This document shows, piece by piece, positions 25,701 to 38,359 of a DNA stretch of 64,000 nt (position 1 is its first letter; every line of letters begins with the position of its first letter). A model generated the notes under the pieces. That model had not been told where the DNA came from. It did no database searches and worked only from the letters and a program-made list of their open reading frames with translations. Made by a program: the position numbers and the translations under genes. The stretch spans positions 1 through 64,000 of the forward strand of contig JAWMAR010001182.1 in NCBI GenBank assembly GCA_036785375.1, read 5' to 3'. This stretch comes from Leucoraja ocellata (Eukaryota).

Positions 25701-27142
25701 TAAGCCCACACATCAAGCTGGCTGAGGAGGAAATAATCCTACCATCCACATTCAAATTGACTCGCATTGGTTGGAAGCAAATTGTTCATGAACAAGATGG
25801 AGAAAAGGCCCTCTTCCTGTGCTGTGTAACATGCAATTTACAGTGAGAGTTGGTTCAATATACCTGCCCCCCCCCCCACCCCCGTGAGGGAGAGTATGCG
25901 CTGCGTCCTTTTAAATATTTACCGTCTTATTTTATACTCCTGTCCTCTTTTAGAGACCTACATCCGAGGAACACATTAAAATATTTCAACTGATCACCTT
26001 GTCATATTTTAATTCTGCATAACTCCTCATGGTTTTATTCGCTGCTGAGAGATACAGTTTCTGCATTCTGCAGTCCATCTCATAATTCACACTGTCCAAT
26101 ATTAGTACCATTCGTGTGAGGAGAGTTGCATTCTCCCTAGTTTAAATGGATCCTTAATAAATTATTTCGAAAAATAATATCCCTCCTCCTGTGGTGTACT
26201 GCTCTGTGAAGTTTTTGTCTGTGAATTGCTTAGGTCGAGTGCAGCAAACATGACACTTCTTTCTTTGGTCAAGACTTTCTTCAGGATGATCTATCCCCAA
26301 ACATTTACAGCCGGTGAGATTCTCCTTAACCGATTCAATCATCTTGTACATCAACATTCTTGATATCTCCAACGGATCATTGAATTGAGAAGATTTCGCC
26401 CTAATATCTGGAATAACATCAAATGCTGTTCACCTCTGTGTTTTATGAATGAACACACTTCTTTAAAGATAATCTGTTGATCAAGAATATTTCTAGCCGC
26501 TGTTTATTTCCAGTCAGTTATCACGTTACACATTATATTCGCCTATTCTTTACTTCATGAAGTGGCAACAGTTGAAATACATTAATGCTGCTGTTGTAGC
26601 TGAATTGTATACGATGTCGTCCAGAAGGTTCCCTGTGGTTTACATCATTTAGACCCTGCCAAAAAATGATTATCTTTCCGTTTGAAAGGCAGCTACACGG
26701 ATAATGCAAGATGAAATTATTAATGGGTGCATATTAAATGATGGGAACGGTGTCTGGAAAATGCATTGCAAATTCGACAAGTAATATCCTGTATTACATC
26801 GTAGCTTGTGTGCATAAATGATACATGGCACGAATTTTGCTGCATCTGTATGCCACGCGTTAAAAGTTAAAAATAGAATGTTCACTCGTATTTTACAGTT
26901 CGTTTGTTCTGTTGGTGCTCAGCTGGTGCCTGAGTAGTGAGCGGTCGCATAATGAGTTTGATCGCTTTGCATCACATGGGAGCAAACTATTTGTTCAACG
27001 GTCCACAATAAATGTCCGCGGGGAGGTGAACGCACGCAGTCCTTAAGTTTTTTTCTAAGAATATAAATATAGCGCTATTTGACTTCTCACTTTGACTCCT
27101 ATAAGTTTTGCACTGCATAACTGCGGACGGCTTGAAGGAAAA

Positions 27143-29526
27143 ATGAGTTGGAAGCGGCATTTGGAAGTTGAATATTATTATTATCCAATTCTGGCAGCAA
27201 TCGGAGTACCTGGTAGGTCAAGGGAACGCTGTAAGTGGGACTGAGATGTGGGATGATGTGTTGATAAAGACAATGTCAAAGGTAAAGTGTAAATAGTGTG
27301 CGAAACACGGGAATGCTAGACTGCATTCTTCAGGTTAGGGCGGTATTAACTAGAAAATGTTTGTTTAAGAAATTACTGCAGTTGCTGGCGATAATCGAAT
27401 CTAGAAAAACATGCTGGAGAATTAGACAGCGGGTGAAGCGGCATCTATGAAGCGAAAGAATATGTGACGTTTCGGGTCGAGACTGATCAGTCTGAAGAAG
27501 GGTCTCGACCCGAAACGTCACCTATTCCTTTGTTAAGCTACTTGATCGTTGGACGTTCATTGGATCTGGCACAGTTTAATTCTCTTCAGATTCAGGTTTA
27601 GGTGCATTGTTGTCATGTATCTCCGGGAGCTGCAAAAAGCTTCGGTTTGCAAGAAATCCAAATTAGATCAAATAATATTAAATATCAGTACAAACAATTC
27701 AAACTCAGTAACAGGTAGAGTAAGAGGGGAAATCGGAGTGCAGAGCGTAGTTCAAGTTTTGGAGCGCACTGCAGCGTATCACATCCACAAAGCCCAATGT
27801 CCGCAAGGGGATAGAGGTGAAACGGCAATGCCCTGGCATATGGAAGAGCGGCTCACAAGCCTGACAACAGAGGGGAAAGAGCTGTTCTGGAGTCTGGTAG
27901 AGCGAGCTTTAAGCCTTCTCCATTTTGTGCCCGACGAGAGCAGGAAGTAGAAGGAATGAGCGGGGCGAAACATGTCTCCGTTTCCAAGGGATTGTGAAGT
28001 GCGAACGCAGTCAACAGTGCGGAGTCCATTTCGTGATATGGACCCGGCGTCTTCCAGAACCCTGTGCAATTTATTCTTTATGGGGCATAGGTGGCCCCAC
28101 AACAAGCTTTGTGCGGCACCGTTGTTGAGAATTATTGTGTGTTACCACTAATTCTATCGGTTCATTCTTTAGGAAGTTGAGTATCCATTCGCAAGCTGGT
28201 GCACTGATCGCTGGGCTCTGGAGTTTATCAATGGGTTTGGATGGGAGTAGTGTTGAAGGCAAGTTCTCCAGCGGAGAAATGGGAATCTTACTTTCGACTC
28301 CTTTGTTGCCCGGCTGTTCCCGGGAAGGGTTTAGGTCCAGGACGACGGCGTCTGATGCGGACATGTTGCTGCAATATAGAATCTGCGGTGCAACAAGTGT
28401 GGCTGGGAGACAGCTCACGCTACCTGCGTAGACCGCTGCTAACTAATCCGCACAGCTCCTTGGCCAGCACCCAGGTTTGCATGTGGGCCAGTTGTTTTCG
28501 AACAAATAAGCAAAGCGTGCCTTAAATTGATCCCCGCCTCCAAATTAGCATCGCGTTTCCCTTGCATGTAACTACAGTATCCTCTTTTCTACACCCGCAG
28601 TGAACTTGCTGGCAATTGTGATCCTGTCGCGCAGAAAGTGTGGTCTCTCCAAATGCACCACTCGGTACCTGGTGGCCATGGCGACTGTGGACCTCTCGGT
28701 GATCGTCTGCGAAGTGATATTACATCGGATTGCCGACCTTTACTGGATGAACACATTCCTCTTAAACAATACTGTGTGCAGGTCCATTATGTTCCTCGCT
28801 CCCGCGGCCGTTGCCTGTTCTGTTTGGCTCACGGTCGCTTTCACATTTGATCGCATTGTGGCCATTTCCACTCAGAATCTGAGAACCAGATACTGCACCG
28901 AGAGAACCGCGCTGGTGGTTATAGTGACCCTAACTGCGTTCTTCTGTTTACAGAACGTCCCCTGGCCTTTTGCGTACATTTATTACCTCAGGGATCAGCA
29001 GGGTACACTGTGGGGTTGCCGAATACGATATCAGTTTTATAGCCTATCCTTGTGGATAACATTTTCCTGGACTCAACAGCTGCTAGTCCCAGTCATTCCA
29101 TTTTGTTTGATTATGATGATGAACGTGCTCACAGTCAGACGCATTTTAGTGGCCAGTCGTGTCCGCAGAAAACTCCGCGATCTCAGTGGTGAGGACCCCG
29201 AGATCGCAAACCGCAGACGGTCCGTAATTTTACTCCTTGCAATCTCCAGCAGTTTTATGCTGCTCTGGGGCACAAATGTAGTATATTTCGTTTTCTATCG
29301 AATTACGAATGCATTTATGTTCAGGGGGTTGATGAACCGATTTGCAACATTTGAACAAACTGGAATACTGCTACAACTGTTGAACACCTGCACAAACACG
29401 CTCATTTACACCGTGACCCAGAGGAGGTTCAGAGAGCAGCTGTTCCAGGTACTCATATACCCCTTCACCCTAACTGTATGTTTAATAAAATCGAGAAACC
29501 GGTGTAAAATAACATTACATTACTAA
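27143..29526 (+). CDS. GPR139-like GPCR, copy 2; join(27143..27212,28601..29526), 331 aa
   Basis: Same 70-nt exon 1 (MSWKRHLEVEYYYYPILAAIGVP, G|GTAGGT), acceptor AG at 28599-28600, uninterrupted 7TM ORF with DRI motif; C-terminus extended to RNRCKITLHY. Confidence 0.92.
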
Positions 29527-30209
29527 TCCCACCGTGAGTCAGTGCAGAAACTAGGTAATGAAGGAGTTTTGTCTGAAAGCTTTCCGCATCAATTTTCAAA
29601 AACATAGCTGAGAAATATATTCTGAACGCGTCCCCTGCACTGGAATGTACATTTGGCCATCTATTTAACATGCAACACGGGCGCGTTGTTCAAAGTGCCC
29701 AATGGGAAGGGCGGCCACATGGAACGAGTGCTATGTTGTACTGGAGCAGACCTCCAATGAATCCGGAATTGAGCCTCGCCGTTAACTGTCTCCACATTCC
29801 TTTGAATCCAGCGGCAACGTCTCCAGCACGCAATGAAAACAGACATAGAGTTATGGTCCTAAACATTGCATGCTCCATTACTCTACAATTCTTTGAGCCG
29901 TTCCATGGTTACGTATGTAAATGCCCGGTGCACCAATGTGTTTAATAAAATTCTTGTTGCAACATTTACGATAGTGAGAGTTCCATTTTATATTTGTTTC
30001 TCGCACTGAATGTAATGCCTCATTGCTTCTTACAGAGGCCTTCGGCTTTCAGTACAATTAGTAATTCTGCACCAGATGCAGCCAAAGGTAGTCGGTGCCG
30101 TTCAAACAAGTTGGCATTACTAACTATACTTTTAATGGAAGCAGAGTGTCACAAGCTAGTGTCCAGTAGAGGGCTGTAAGGTGAGTAAGTACAATTCTTC
30201 CTGCAACAT

Positions 30210-30720
30210 TTCAATTCAATTCAGTTCAATTCAACTTTATTGTCATTGCACAGATACAAGTACGGGTACAACGAAATGCAGTTTAGCGTCAGTCCGTGGT
30301 AATAGTGCAACATAGAAATAAAAATTCAGAATAAGCAAACAATGTGGACGGAGAGACTGGAGAAATCTTTCGGCGGGACTCCGAGTTCAGCAATGTGATA
30401 GTGTTCTTGTAGAAGCTGTTCCTCATCCTACTGGTACGAGACCCGAGGCTCCTGTACCGCCTACCTCATGGGAGGTGGGCAAACAGTCCATGGTTAGGGT
30501 GGGAGGGTTCTTTGATGAACTTCCCGGCCCGTCTCAGACACCGTTTTCGGTGCAGGGCATCCATGGCAGGGAGCGGGGCACCGATGATATAATGAGCGGT
30601 TTTCACCACCCGTTGTAGTGCCTTCCTGTCCGCTACGGTGCAACTGCTGTACCATACCGTGAAGCAGGTGATCAGGATGCTTTCGATGGTACAGCGGTAA
30701 AAGTTGGTCAGTATCTGACC
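30210..30720 (-). mobile_element. Rex1/Babar LINE 3' fragment with (aattc)n tail
   Basis: The minus strand carries FYRCTIESILITCFTVWYSSCT-like sequence; flanked by a duplicated stretch of about 230 bp. Confidence 0.7.
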
Positions 30721-31809
30721 AACTTTACATTACGTTAATGAGAGTTCCATTTTATATTTGTTTCTCGCACTGAATGTAATGCCTCGTTGCTTCTTACAGA
30801 TGCTTTCGGTTTTCAGTACAATTGGCAATTCAGTACCAGATGCAGCCAAAGGTAGTGAGTGGGTGTTATTCATACGTTGGCATTACTAATTATATTTTTA
30901 ATGCAAGCAATGAGTAACAAGCGAGTGTCCAGTAGAGGGCGGTAAAGTGAGTAAGTTCACCTGTGTGGTACAGAGATGCTGAATCGATTTGCATTAATGT
31001 CTCACCTCCATTGATACAGCGCTGACGCTGGAGCTCTGCCTATTGGAGATTCGAGTGAGTGCTCACAGTCGGATTTATCTCCTCCTGCAGGGCAAGGAAA
31101 TGTGAGAAATTCATAAATTTATTTTCTTCACCGATGGCGGCTGAGATTTGTATAGCTCCAAATTTGAGTTGAGTACTCGCTCCCCCAATCCTCCGCTCCC
31201 GACGTGGTAACGGTTACATTTTTACATATTCTGATTGACATTTTCCCTCTCGAGGCCGAAAATACCTTCGCTGAACATGTTATGCTTTATTTCTCGACAT
31301 TACTGATTAAAGTTTAAAAAAAAATCAAAAGACTGAATTGAAAACGACTAGCTTCAACTGATGACGTCACAATGGCTCGGCTAGCAGTGATCAGCTTCAC
31401 TTACGTTCGGGAACGGCTTGAGTTGGGGGACCACGCCTCCTGTGGGGCTACGGGTAGGGAACGGGTGCGTTGGGGGAGCAGACCCTATCGTAGCCTCTCA
31501 TAATGTTATATACTTCAACCAGATCTTCCTTCAATCTCCGACATTCCAGAGGGAAAGAATCCAAATATGACCAATCTCTCCCTGCAACGCTAATCCAGCA
31601 CCACTCCGGTAAATGAGCAACTGCGACTCTAAAACACGCTGTACTTAGTAAATGGGTCCAAATGCCGAATTGGCAAAGACATTCACTAATGGCTTTCTTA
31701 CTGGTCACCAATTAGTACAGCTTGCTAGTTTAGTTAGTTTACATTAGTTCATGATAGGCGTCTACAGGGTAGACTGTCAGAACTTTGATTTTCCCAACGG
31801 TCGGTTCTA

Positions 31810-32900
31810 ACCGGGATGGCTGCACTGGCAGATGTTGAAATAATGGAGTGACTGGGCTTGTATATATTGGAATTTAGAAGGATGAGAGGGATTCTTTTTA
31901 AACATATAATGTTATTGAGGGTTTGGACGCGCTCGAGGCAGGAAACATGTTCCCGATGTTGGGAGAGTTCAGAACCAGGTCCACGGTTTAATAATAAGGG
32001 GTAAGCCATTTAGATGGAGATACCGACACAAATTTTCACACATAGTACTGAGTCTGTGGAGGCCGGTTCTCTGGATACTGTCAAGAGAGAGCTAGATAGG
32101 TCTCTTAAAGATAGTGGAGTCAGGGGGAAAAGGGGAGAAGACAGGAACGGGGTACTGATTGTGGATGATCAACCTTGATCACATTGAATGGCGGTGGTGG
32201 CTCGAAGGGCCGAATGGCGTACTCCTGCACTTATTGAAAAGAAGCTTATCAGCTAATTTCCAACTGTATCATATCTGCAGGACCTTCTCTCTCTGCTTCC
32301 AGACCCATACACTAATTTATTGCACAAACACATGTGTTACTTTTTAAGCTAGGGGGGCTCAACATTTGCAAGTAAATTAACAGGCACAACCCTCGGTAAC
32401 GTGCAGGGATGTTTCGTTGAACACCTCCGCTAAATTCGCATAAAACTGCATGATCTCCCGCTTGCTAAATAGCCTACAACTTATTCTTAAACTGTGGTCC
32501 CTAGGCCTGGACCCTCTCAACATCGGGAACATGGTTCCTGCCTCCAACGTGCCCAATCCCTTAATAATATTTTACGTTTCAAAAAGAGCTAATCTCAGCA
32601 TACAAAATTCCAGTGTATACAAGCCCAGCCGCTCCGTTATATCCACATATGACAGTCCCGCCATCCCGGGAATTAACCTCGTGAACCTACGGTGCACTCC
32701 TTCAATAGCAAGAATGTCGTTCCTCAAATCTGGAGACAAAAACTGCGCACAATACTCCTGGTGTGGCCTCACTAGGGCCCTGTACAACTGCAGAATGGCC
32801 TCTTTACTACAATACCCAATTCCTCTTGTTATGAAGGCCAACGTGCAATTAGCTTTCTTCACTGCCTGCTGTACCTGCATGCTTATTTTCAGTGAGTGAT
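31810..32900. mobile_element. CR1 3' fragments (+ 31810-32230; - 32480-32900)
   Basis: QLYRALVRPHQEYCAQF; counterparts at about 48460-49680 and 49890-51070. Confidence 0.7.
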
Positions 32901-33514
32901 GAACAAGGACACCAAATGATACCCATCACCTTCTCAAGTGCAAAAGTTTCCCTCCCGTTCCCTGTTAAACATTTCCCCTCTCAGCTTTAACCTAATTCCT
33001 CTGGTTCTTGATTTTCCAACTCTTGGTAAAGGACAAGATACAATATACATTTACTTATCTCATGTACCAGTTGCTACAGTGAAATGTGTGGTCACCATAT
33101 AACCATACAATAAAATAAAGAACACAACACACGATAGAGTCCAACATAAAACATCTCCACACAGCAGAATAAAGTTTCCCACTGTGATTCACGTGTGATT
33201 CACGTTGTCCAATCCGCTAATGACTTCATACACTCTGCCTCGTGCGCCCAAGGAACATAGGCTCAAGATATCGGAGATCCGCTGTGGACACAGGCCCTTC
33301 GTCCCACACAATCTGCGCTTACCATCGATCACCCCATACAGTAGTACTCTACTACAAGCTGGAAACAATTTACTATTTATAGACATTAAAAATAAACGAT
33401 ATTTCTGTACGTGCTTCGAGTCTGGGAGGAAACCGGAGCACGCGGAGAAAACCCAGGCAATCATCAGAATCAGAATCGGAATCAGAATTATGTGTATTGT
33501 CATTTTAAAGTAGG

Positions 33515-34290
33515 TTCAAACGAAATTACGTTCCTGCAGACAGAACAATAACAAAAAACATACAATTAGTGCAATTCCACACAAACATCCATCGCATTGA
33601 ATCTCCAAATACCTCCTCATTGTGATGGAAGACAAAGGTCTCATCTCTTCCCTGTTCTCTGTTCTTTATTCTTGCCCCGCAGTCAAGCAGTCAAACTGCT
33701 GCATCAAGCTGATCGAAGCTTTTGATGTTCGAGACCCCGGCGGACGATGGTAAGTCCCGCGTTCGTTTGCGCCGTGTCGGGCGATATAAAGTCCTGCTAC
33801 CGGTCGATTTAAAGCCCTTGATTCGGGCGGGAGAAGTTGCCGTTGCGGGAGCTCCGAAAAGTGGTCCCCCACAAGGGACCCGCGAGCTCCCGATGTTACC
33901 GTCCGCGGGGCCTGCAGCCGGAGCCTCCGAAGCGCCGTATTCGGGTCGCAGCCGCGCGCCACCGCAGCGCTCCGCGCACCGATGTCGGCCAGCTCCGCGA
34001 TAGTGAGTCCGCAGGCTGTGCGACTGGAGCCCCAGGTCGATTCCGGTTGGAGGCCGCCTGCTGCACGATGTTAGGCCCCAACAACAACGGACACTCGAGA
34101 GGGAAAAGGTCGAGTCCCAGAACGGGGAAGAGATTTAAAAATCCCCCCTGCACCCCCCCCCCCCCCTCCCGCCCACATATACACAGCTAAAAATAATATA
34201 AAACTAAACCAAAACATACATCTAACAAGACAAAAAGAAATAAAAGAGAGACAGACTGCGGAGGCCATTGCCGCGAGGCGCCGCCTTCTT
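33515..34290 (-). repeat. GC-rich interspersed repeat (retroposon 3' UTR or SINE-like)
   Basis: Homologous to 51820-52610 (-) and to the 3' end of 39477-39994 (+), sharing the cacagtgagg...ctcactgtg stem-loop. Confidence 0.55.
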
Positions 34291-34419
34291 GTCCAACCGT
34301 GAGAACTTGCAAAATCGTTACCGACAGCTACGACACTACGCCGCCTAATTTATTCCTAGCCTGTTCAACCTATCCTTTCAGCGAAGTCCTTGGAGGTAGT
34401 ATAGTAGAGCTATGATCTG

Positions 34420-34848
34420 GAACATAGAAACATAGAAACATAGAAACATAGAAAATATGTGCTGGAGTAGGCCATTCGGCAGTTTGCCTGAACCGCCATT
34501 CGATATGATCATGGCTGATCATCCAACTCAGTATCCTGTACCTGCCTCCTCTCTAAACCCCCTGATCCCTTTAGCCACAAGGGCCACATCTAACTGCATC
34601 TTAAAAATAGCCAATGAACTGGCCTCAACTACCTTCTCTGGCAGATAATTCCACATTCACCACTCTTTGTGTAAAAAATGATTTTCTTATCTCGGTCCTA
34701 AAAGACTTTCCTCTTATCCTTAAACTGTGATCCCTTGTTTAATACTTCCCCAACATCGGGAATAATCTTCCTGCATCTAGCCTGTCCAACCCCTTAAGAA
34801 TTTTGTAAGTTTCCATAAGATGCCCCCTCAATCTACTAAATTCTAGCG
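34420..34848 (-). mobile_element. CR1 3' fragment with (atagaaac)n tail, inserted in the TRV1 unit only
   Basis: Absent from the paralogous site at about 52845. Confidence 0.75.
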
Positions 34849-35687
34849 AAGGAACAACCTTCCAGTGAAGGTGTTGTCATGTTGCTGTTGTGAAGGAATT
34901 CCCAGACTATAGCGATGTCGAGAAGTAATTCAGTACCGGATCATTGAGCAAAAACAGTAATTACGGCCTTAAGGTATTTGCACATTTGTGCAGTCGCGCA
35001 TTGGGAAGGCGTCATGAGTATTTAAAGTGTTTAATTTTACTGCCCTCGTGTGAATATCCATCAGGGGATTAATTTCATCAGTTGCTGTAGCTATGTATCT
35101 GGTGTCCAGTGATATATCCTGCGACACAGATCTGGATTACTCAGCAAGGCCCAATGGTGAACTACCCATCTGCATTACTGATAATCCGCCATTTGCGGTA
35201 AATAGTTTGGTTTATTGACTTCCTATTCTTCCCGCGTCCCGGATGATTTTTCTGCAATAAGTGAAGGCCAATGACCACCTGAAATTAGAATGTCTGTCAG
35301 GGTGTTGGTGAAGTGGAATTGGTTAACGTAATTGTGACAATTCCGGGCCAGCCAATCCTCCATCCAGTGACACCCTAGTTTGTCTGATTAAAACAGAAAA
35401 TTCTGCAGTTATTAACCAGGTTATCCAGGACTAAGAGAGAATGAAACAGAACACACGTTTCAGATATCTGGTCACATGTTCTATCTCGCTGTCATAAGAG
35501 CTCTTGTAATTCTCTGCAGCTAGCGGCTAATGTTATGGAAACGGATTCCGGAGAAGCAGCTCGCAGTTGGAAACAATAAAACCACCAGAACACCTGCACA
35601 CAATGAAAGCAAACCGACAACTGAGAGAGAACAGGAAAGCAGGCACATCCTACCGCATGAGCGGAGCAGAGAGCAAGACACAGGCGA

Positions 35688-35725
35688 TGTTTTTGTAAGG
35701 GGCTTAACTTGTTTCCATCACTGTG
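35688..35725 (-). promoter_or_regulatory. Recombination signal sequence (23-class, 22-nt spacer) of TRV1
   Basis: Minus strand: CACAGTG-atggaaacaagttaagcccctt (22 nt)-ACAAAAACA; perfect heptamer, 8/9 nonamer. Confidence 0.93.
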
Positions 35726-36196
35726 CGCCACAGTGCGCAGTAATAGACTGCAGAGTCGCTGAGATCCAGCCCTGAGATACTCAAGCTGGTGAACTTAGTC
35801 GCGGTATTGAGCTCAATAGAGAAACGAGTGTCAGCGTATTGGGCCTTATCTTCATTGTTCCTGGTGTCTCTCCACATAGTAAACTCGGGCTGCATGCCTG
35901 GATATTGTCGGTACCAGAATAAAGTATATGCTGTCCATGTGGTATCATAGTTACAGGTTAAAGTCACCGCTTCTCCTTTTGTCTTCGTCGCCGAGGGCAG
36001 TGGCTGTGTGACAGATTCTCCGTGAATAGTGACTGTAAAATAAATATATTGAGATAGTAACAGACACCGGAGTGCCATGAGATTGCACTTCTCAAGCCAA
36101 AATGTCACTGAGGAGGGCGAGGGGAACTGAAAATATTGATCCAGAATTACCTGTCAGAAACGCTCCCCACACAACACAGATGCCGAGGAAACGCAT
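35726..36196 (-). CDS. T-cell receptor alpha/delta-type V gene segment 1; leader exon 36196..36151, V exon 36032..35726
   Basis: Leader MRFLGICVVWGAFLT ends at G|GTAATT; 118-nt intron; acceptor ttattttacAG. V domain ESVTQ...VTLTC...LFWYRQYPG...RFSIELNTATKFTSLSISGLDLSDSAVYYCALWR has canonical Cys/Trp/YYC and is followed directly by an RSS. WYRQYPG and YYCAL are typical of TRAV/TRDV. Confidence 0.92.
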
Positions 36197-38359
36197 TTTA
36201 CCCGTTCACTCTGTACTAGCTGAGTACGAAACTTGAAGAGACAAAAACTGGATCGTGTCTGCTGGTCTCCGGATGTTCGCTGTCACTGCCATGTGCCCCC
36301 AGTGATGGAGTCAGAGATGTGGGTGGGCAGCTGGGTCTTAGCCAATTGAAATACACGTAGCCGGAATCCAGCTTTCCCCCCGAGAGTATTCGCATCCGCT
36401 TGAATAAACCGTGATTGAGGAAGGCATATTTGTTCTGGTAACCGGTAGTGAAGGTGCGAAGCCTGAGATTGTTAAGCGTAACAATAATAAGGTGCATATT
36501 CACAAATGGAATAGATCGGGTAAACTCACAGAGTCTCTTGGCCAGATTGGGGGCATCGAGAAACAGAGAACATAGATTGAAGTTGAGTGGGGAGGAAGAT
36601 TTAATAGAGACCAGAAGTGCAACTTTTTCATGCAAAGGGGGCGGCGCATGGAACGCGCCGACGGAGGTAGTAGTTAAGGCAGGTAAAATCGCAAAGTTTA
36701 AGAATAACATTGACATGTACATGAGTAGAACTGATGTTGAGGGTTATGGGCGAAACGCTTGCGGGTAGGACTGGTGTGGATGGAACATGTTGGCCGGTGT
36801 GGGCATGCTGGGCCGAAGGGTATGTTTCCACGCTGTAAGACTCTATGATGCCTTGATTCTAAAAAAAAAACACCACAGTATTATCGGCATCCGTCCAAAG
36901 GCGACAGGCAGCGGTCAGATCTACAGTCGATTCGACCGTGTCGAGAAAATGGGATTTATGTTTTGATGTTTTCATTGAGAAATGCACGTGGTTTCTATAT
37001 GAAGTAAATTACACACAAAGCCAGAAGGATGTGCAAGGATCCAATTTCAATCAGTTTTCAGTTCCACTCCCCTCCATCTGCCACGTTTTGACCAATGAAA
37101 TTAATTCCTGAGGACCTCACCCCACCGAGTCCACGCCAACCATCGATGACCCGATCACTTTCGTTCCATGTTATTCCACTTTTCCATCTATTCCTCACAC
37201 ACCTGGTGCATGTTTACAGAGGCCAATTAACCTAAAATAACCACACGTATTTTGGATACGGGAGGAAATCAGAGCACCTGGACGATACCGACACGGTCAC
37301 AGCGAGACGGGAAAACTCCACTCAGACATTACCCGAGGACAGGATTGATCCCGGATCTCTGAAGCTTTGAGGCAGCAGCTGCGCCACTGAACCGAAAAAA
37401 TGTGTGATTTGTTTTTATAAAGATTGCAGCTGGGTGATTGTTGAACTTTAACTACAGCTAGCCGGCAAAATTGGTTTGGAATTTCCATGAGTTTCAGCAA
37501 TATATCGAGTGGTCTAGTGATCTGCATTCTGCGCACCGACCGCTGCTGCCTGGATTCGGTTCGTGGTCAGGGAGTAGGGCAGTTTATTTCTGCCTCCAGT
37601 GGAAACATTATTAGACCGCGCATCGTTCACTCTGTGTAGTTTCAGCGTCGCCTCCACCACGTGAACAGTCAGCAGCTGATTAACATTAAAATAATGCACT
37701 TATGCAAAAAAAACACAAACATTATTGCTACCAACGGCTAATAATACCATAATCCCGACAGGATCAGGCGGCCAGGGCTTTCAGATACAAATTAATATTG
37801 AAATTCAGATTCAAAATATATCTCCAAAATCGAAGAAAATATATGCCAACAATGGCCCACAAATCATCTTTTAGAATATGCTAACTATACAACGTGTTGT
37901 GCGTCATGTAAACTACATGTAACACTTGCTCGCGGAATGGCGTGGATATCAGGGTAGTTGGGGAGGAGCAGCCATACATTGAGATAAAAAAACATCGCTC
38001 AAAATATAACTCTTTGATCAAGGACATTCCTTCCTGATATTTATTCCTGGTCATTTGGCACGTTATGCGTTATATTTTCTTATCGTTTTCATCATGAAGT
38101 GCCAACAGGTGAAATATATTAATGCCGCTGCTGTATCCAATTGTATTCACTACCAACTAGAAAGGTTCATGTGATTTGCATCATTCAGACCGCTGCACAG
38201 GAACCATTCTCGTTTGTTTTGAAGAAGAGCTCCAAGCGAAATCCAGGAAAATATTATTACTGGGTAAATGTCAAGTGAATTCAACAGTGGCTGGGAAGAG
38301 CAGTACAAAAGGTTGCAAATACAATATTACATCGCAGCATGTGTTGATAAGTGACCACA

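Larger units (their letters stand above)
61..30110 (+). repeat. Tandem segmental duplication: about 61-14780 versus about 16782-30110 (GPCR-only units)
   Basis: Colinear, highly similar sequence including the same TE mosaic, promoter and GPCR gene. Confidence 0.9.

Noticed and set aside
35704-36108. ORF-track start (MTFWLEK/MRSWLEK) suggesting a leaderless V such as the NAR-TCR supporting V-delta
   Set aside because: That N-terminus is intron read-through. A normal spliced leader exon exists and there is no extra cysteine.
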